Below, in pieces: positions 63,330 through 64,000 of a DNA stretch of 64,000 bases. The stretch's first letter is position 1, and every line of letters begins with the position of its first letter. A program made the translations under genes and the position numbers. This DNA is from Anthoceros angustus (Eukaryota > Plantae > Anthocerotophyta). The DNA lies in NCBI GenBank assembly GCA_010909165.1, contig VJWM01000134.1, positions 558,001 to 622,000 on the forward strand, in the 5' to 3' direction. Under the pieces are notes generated by a model that made no database searches, was not told the DNA's origin, and worked only from the letters and a program-made list of their open reading frames with translations.

Positions 63330-64000
63330 ATGGCTCAAGATCTGGAGCAGCAGCTGCATCTGGTGGAGGAGGAGTTGCTTCGGGTTCAAGGTTTGTCCTT
63401 CATCTGGTCTTGTGAGGAGGTCTCATTTCGCTCCAGCCGCTTCTGGACACCACCGGACTCTCCAAAATTCATGGCCAGCTTCTGCGGCTAACAGCTTGTA
63501 CACGTGCTTGCCTACAGACCAGATAAGCACTTTGCTTGAACATCAGGAACAGTTGCAAGTGCAGCAAGCTGAGTTGCGTGTAATGCTGGATGAGATCAGG
63601 GCAGAATCACTCCACAAGCCCAAGGTGGGATCAGAGGTTTCAAGGAAGAAGGCTGAAAATTGGACAGGCCCATTTGAGTGGGATGATGTGGCGGACGACA
63701 TTAGGCTCAACATTTTGGCATACCCTCGTATCGTGCGAACCAAAAGAGGTTTGTTAGTAGGAGTGTGCTATCGACTTGATGCAACTGGTTTTGTGGCAAA
63801 GGAAAGAGTTTTCAACCGTGCTTGTTTTGGCAGATAATCAATGCCGTGCTGAGTGGACGAGACGTGGTTGTGATAATGGCAGCTGGAGGTGGCAAGAGCC
63901 TCTGTTATCAACTCCCTGCATTGATTCGACCTGGCACTGCACTGGTCATCAGTCCCCTTCTTTCTCTCATACAAGATCAAGTAGGTTCGATGGCTAATGC
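63330..64000 (+). CDS. RECQ2: RecQ helicase (RECQ2/MED34-like), 5' part; continues beyond the window
   Basis: Coiled-coil N-terminus, [40 protein letters not shown]...[13 protein letters not shown] (helicase motifs I/Ia). Small apparent frameshifts near 63712-63745. Confidence 0.88.

Noticed and set aside
63705-63750. RECQ2 pseudogene
   Set aside because: Adding one T and one A to homopolymers restores [14 protein letters not shown], which is typical of sequencing error.

Overview
Gene-dense eukaryotic nuclear DNA from a land plant. The short GT-AG introns, GC-rich exons and compact spacing suggest a non-seed plant such as a hornwort (inference). Recognisable genes in order: ARM-repeat protein (-), VTE6/DUF92 (+), MOS11/THO1-like (-), ICME-like esterase (-), CNGC19/20-type channel (-), two paralogous DYW-domain genes (+) flanking a pathogen-related protein gene (-), DUF1005 (-), a secreted Gnk2/DUF26-like protein (-), a multi-zinc-finger protein (-), IVD (-), SEUSS-like (+), HISN2 (+), PHT4;5 (+), a conserved plastid GNAT-like protein (-) and the 5' end of RECQ2 (+). 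Repeats include a minisatellite-associated mosaic duplication, a decayed restriction-like-endonuclease (CRE-like) non-LTR retrotransposon whose 3' tail recurs five times, and a Ty3/Gypsy RT fragment. The main finding is the two DYW genes. After manual splicing, each encodes a putative organellar presequence, an OSB-type PDF motif (ssDNA-binding module), a charged linker and a DYW deaminase core with intact catalytic residues, but no PPR repeats. I do not recognise this architecture as described. Exon boundaries were read by eye, and several homopolymer frameshifts suggest long-read consensus errors.
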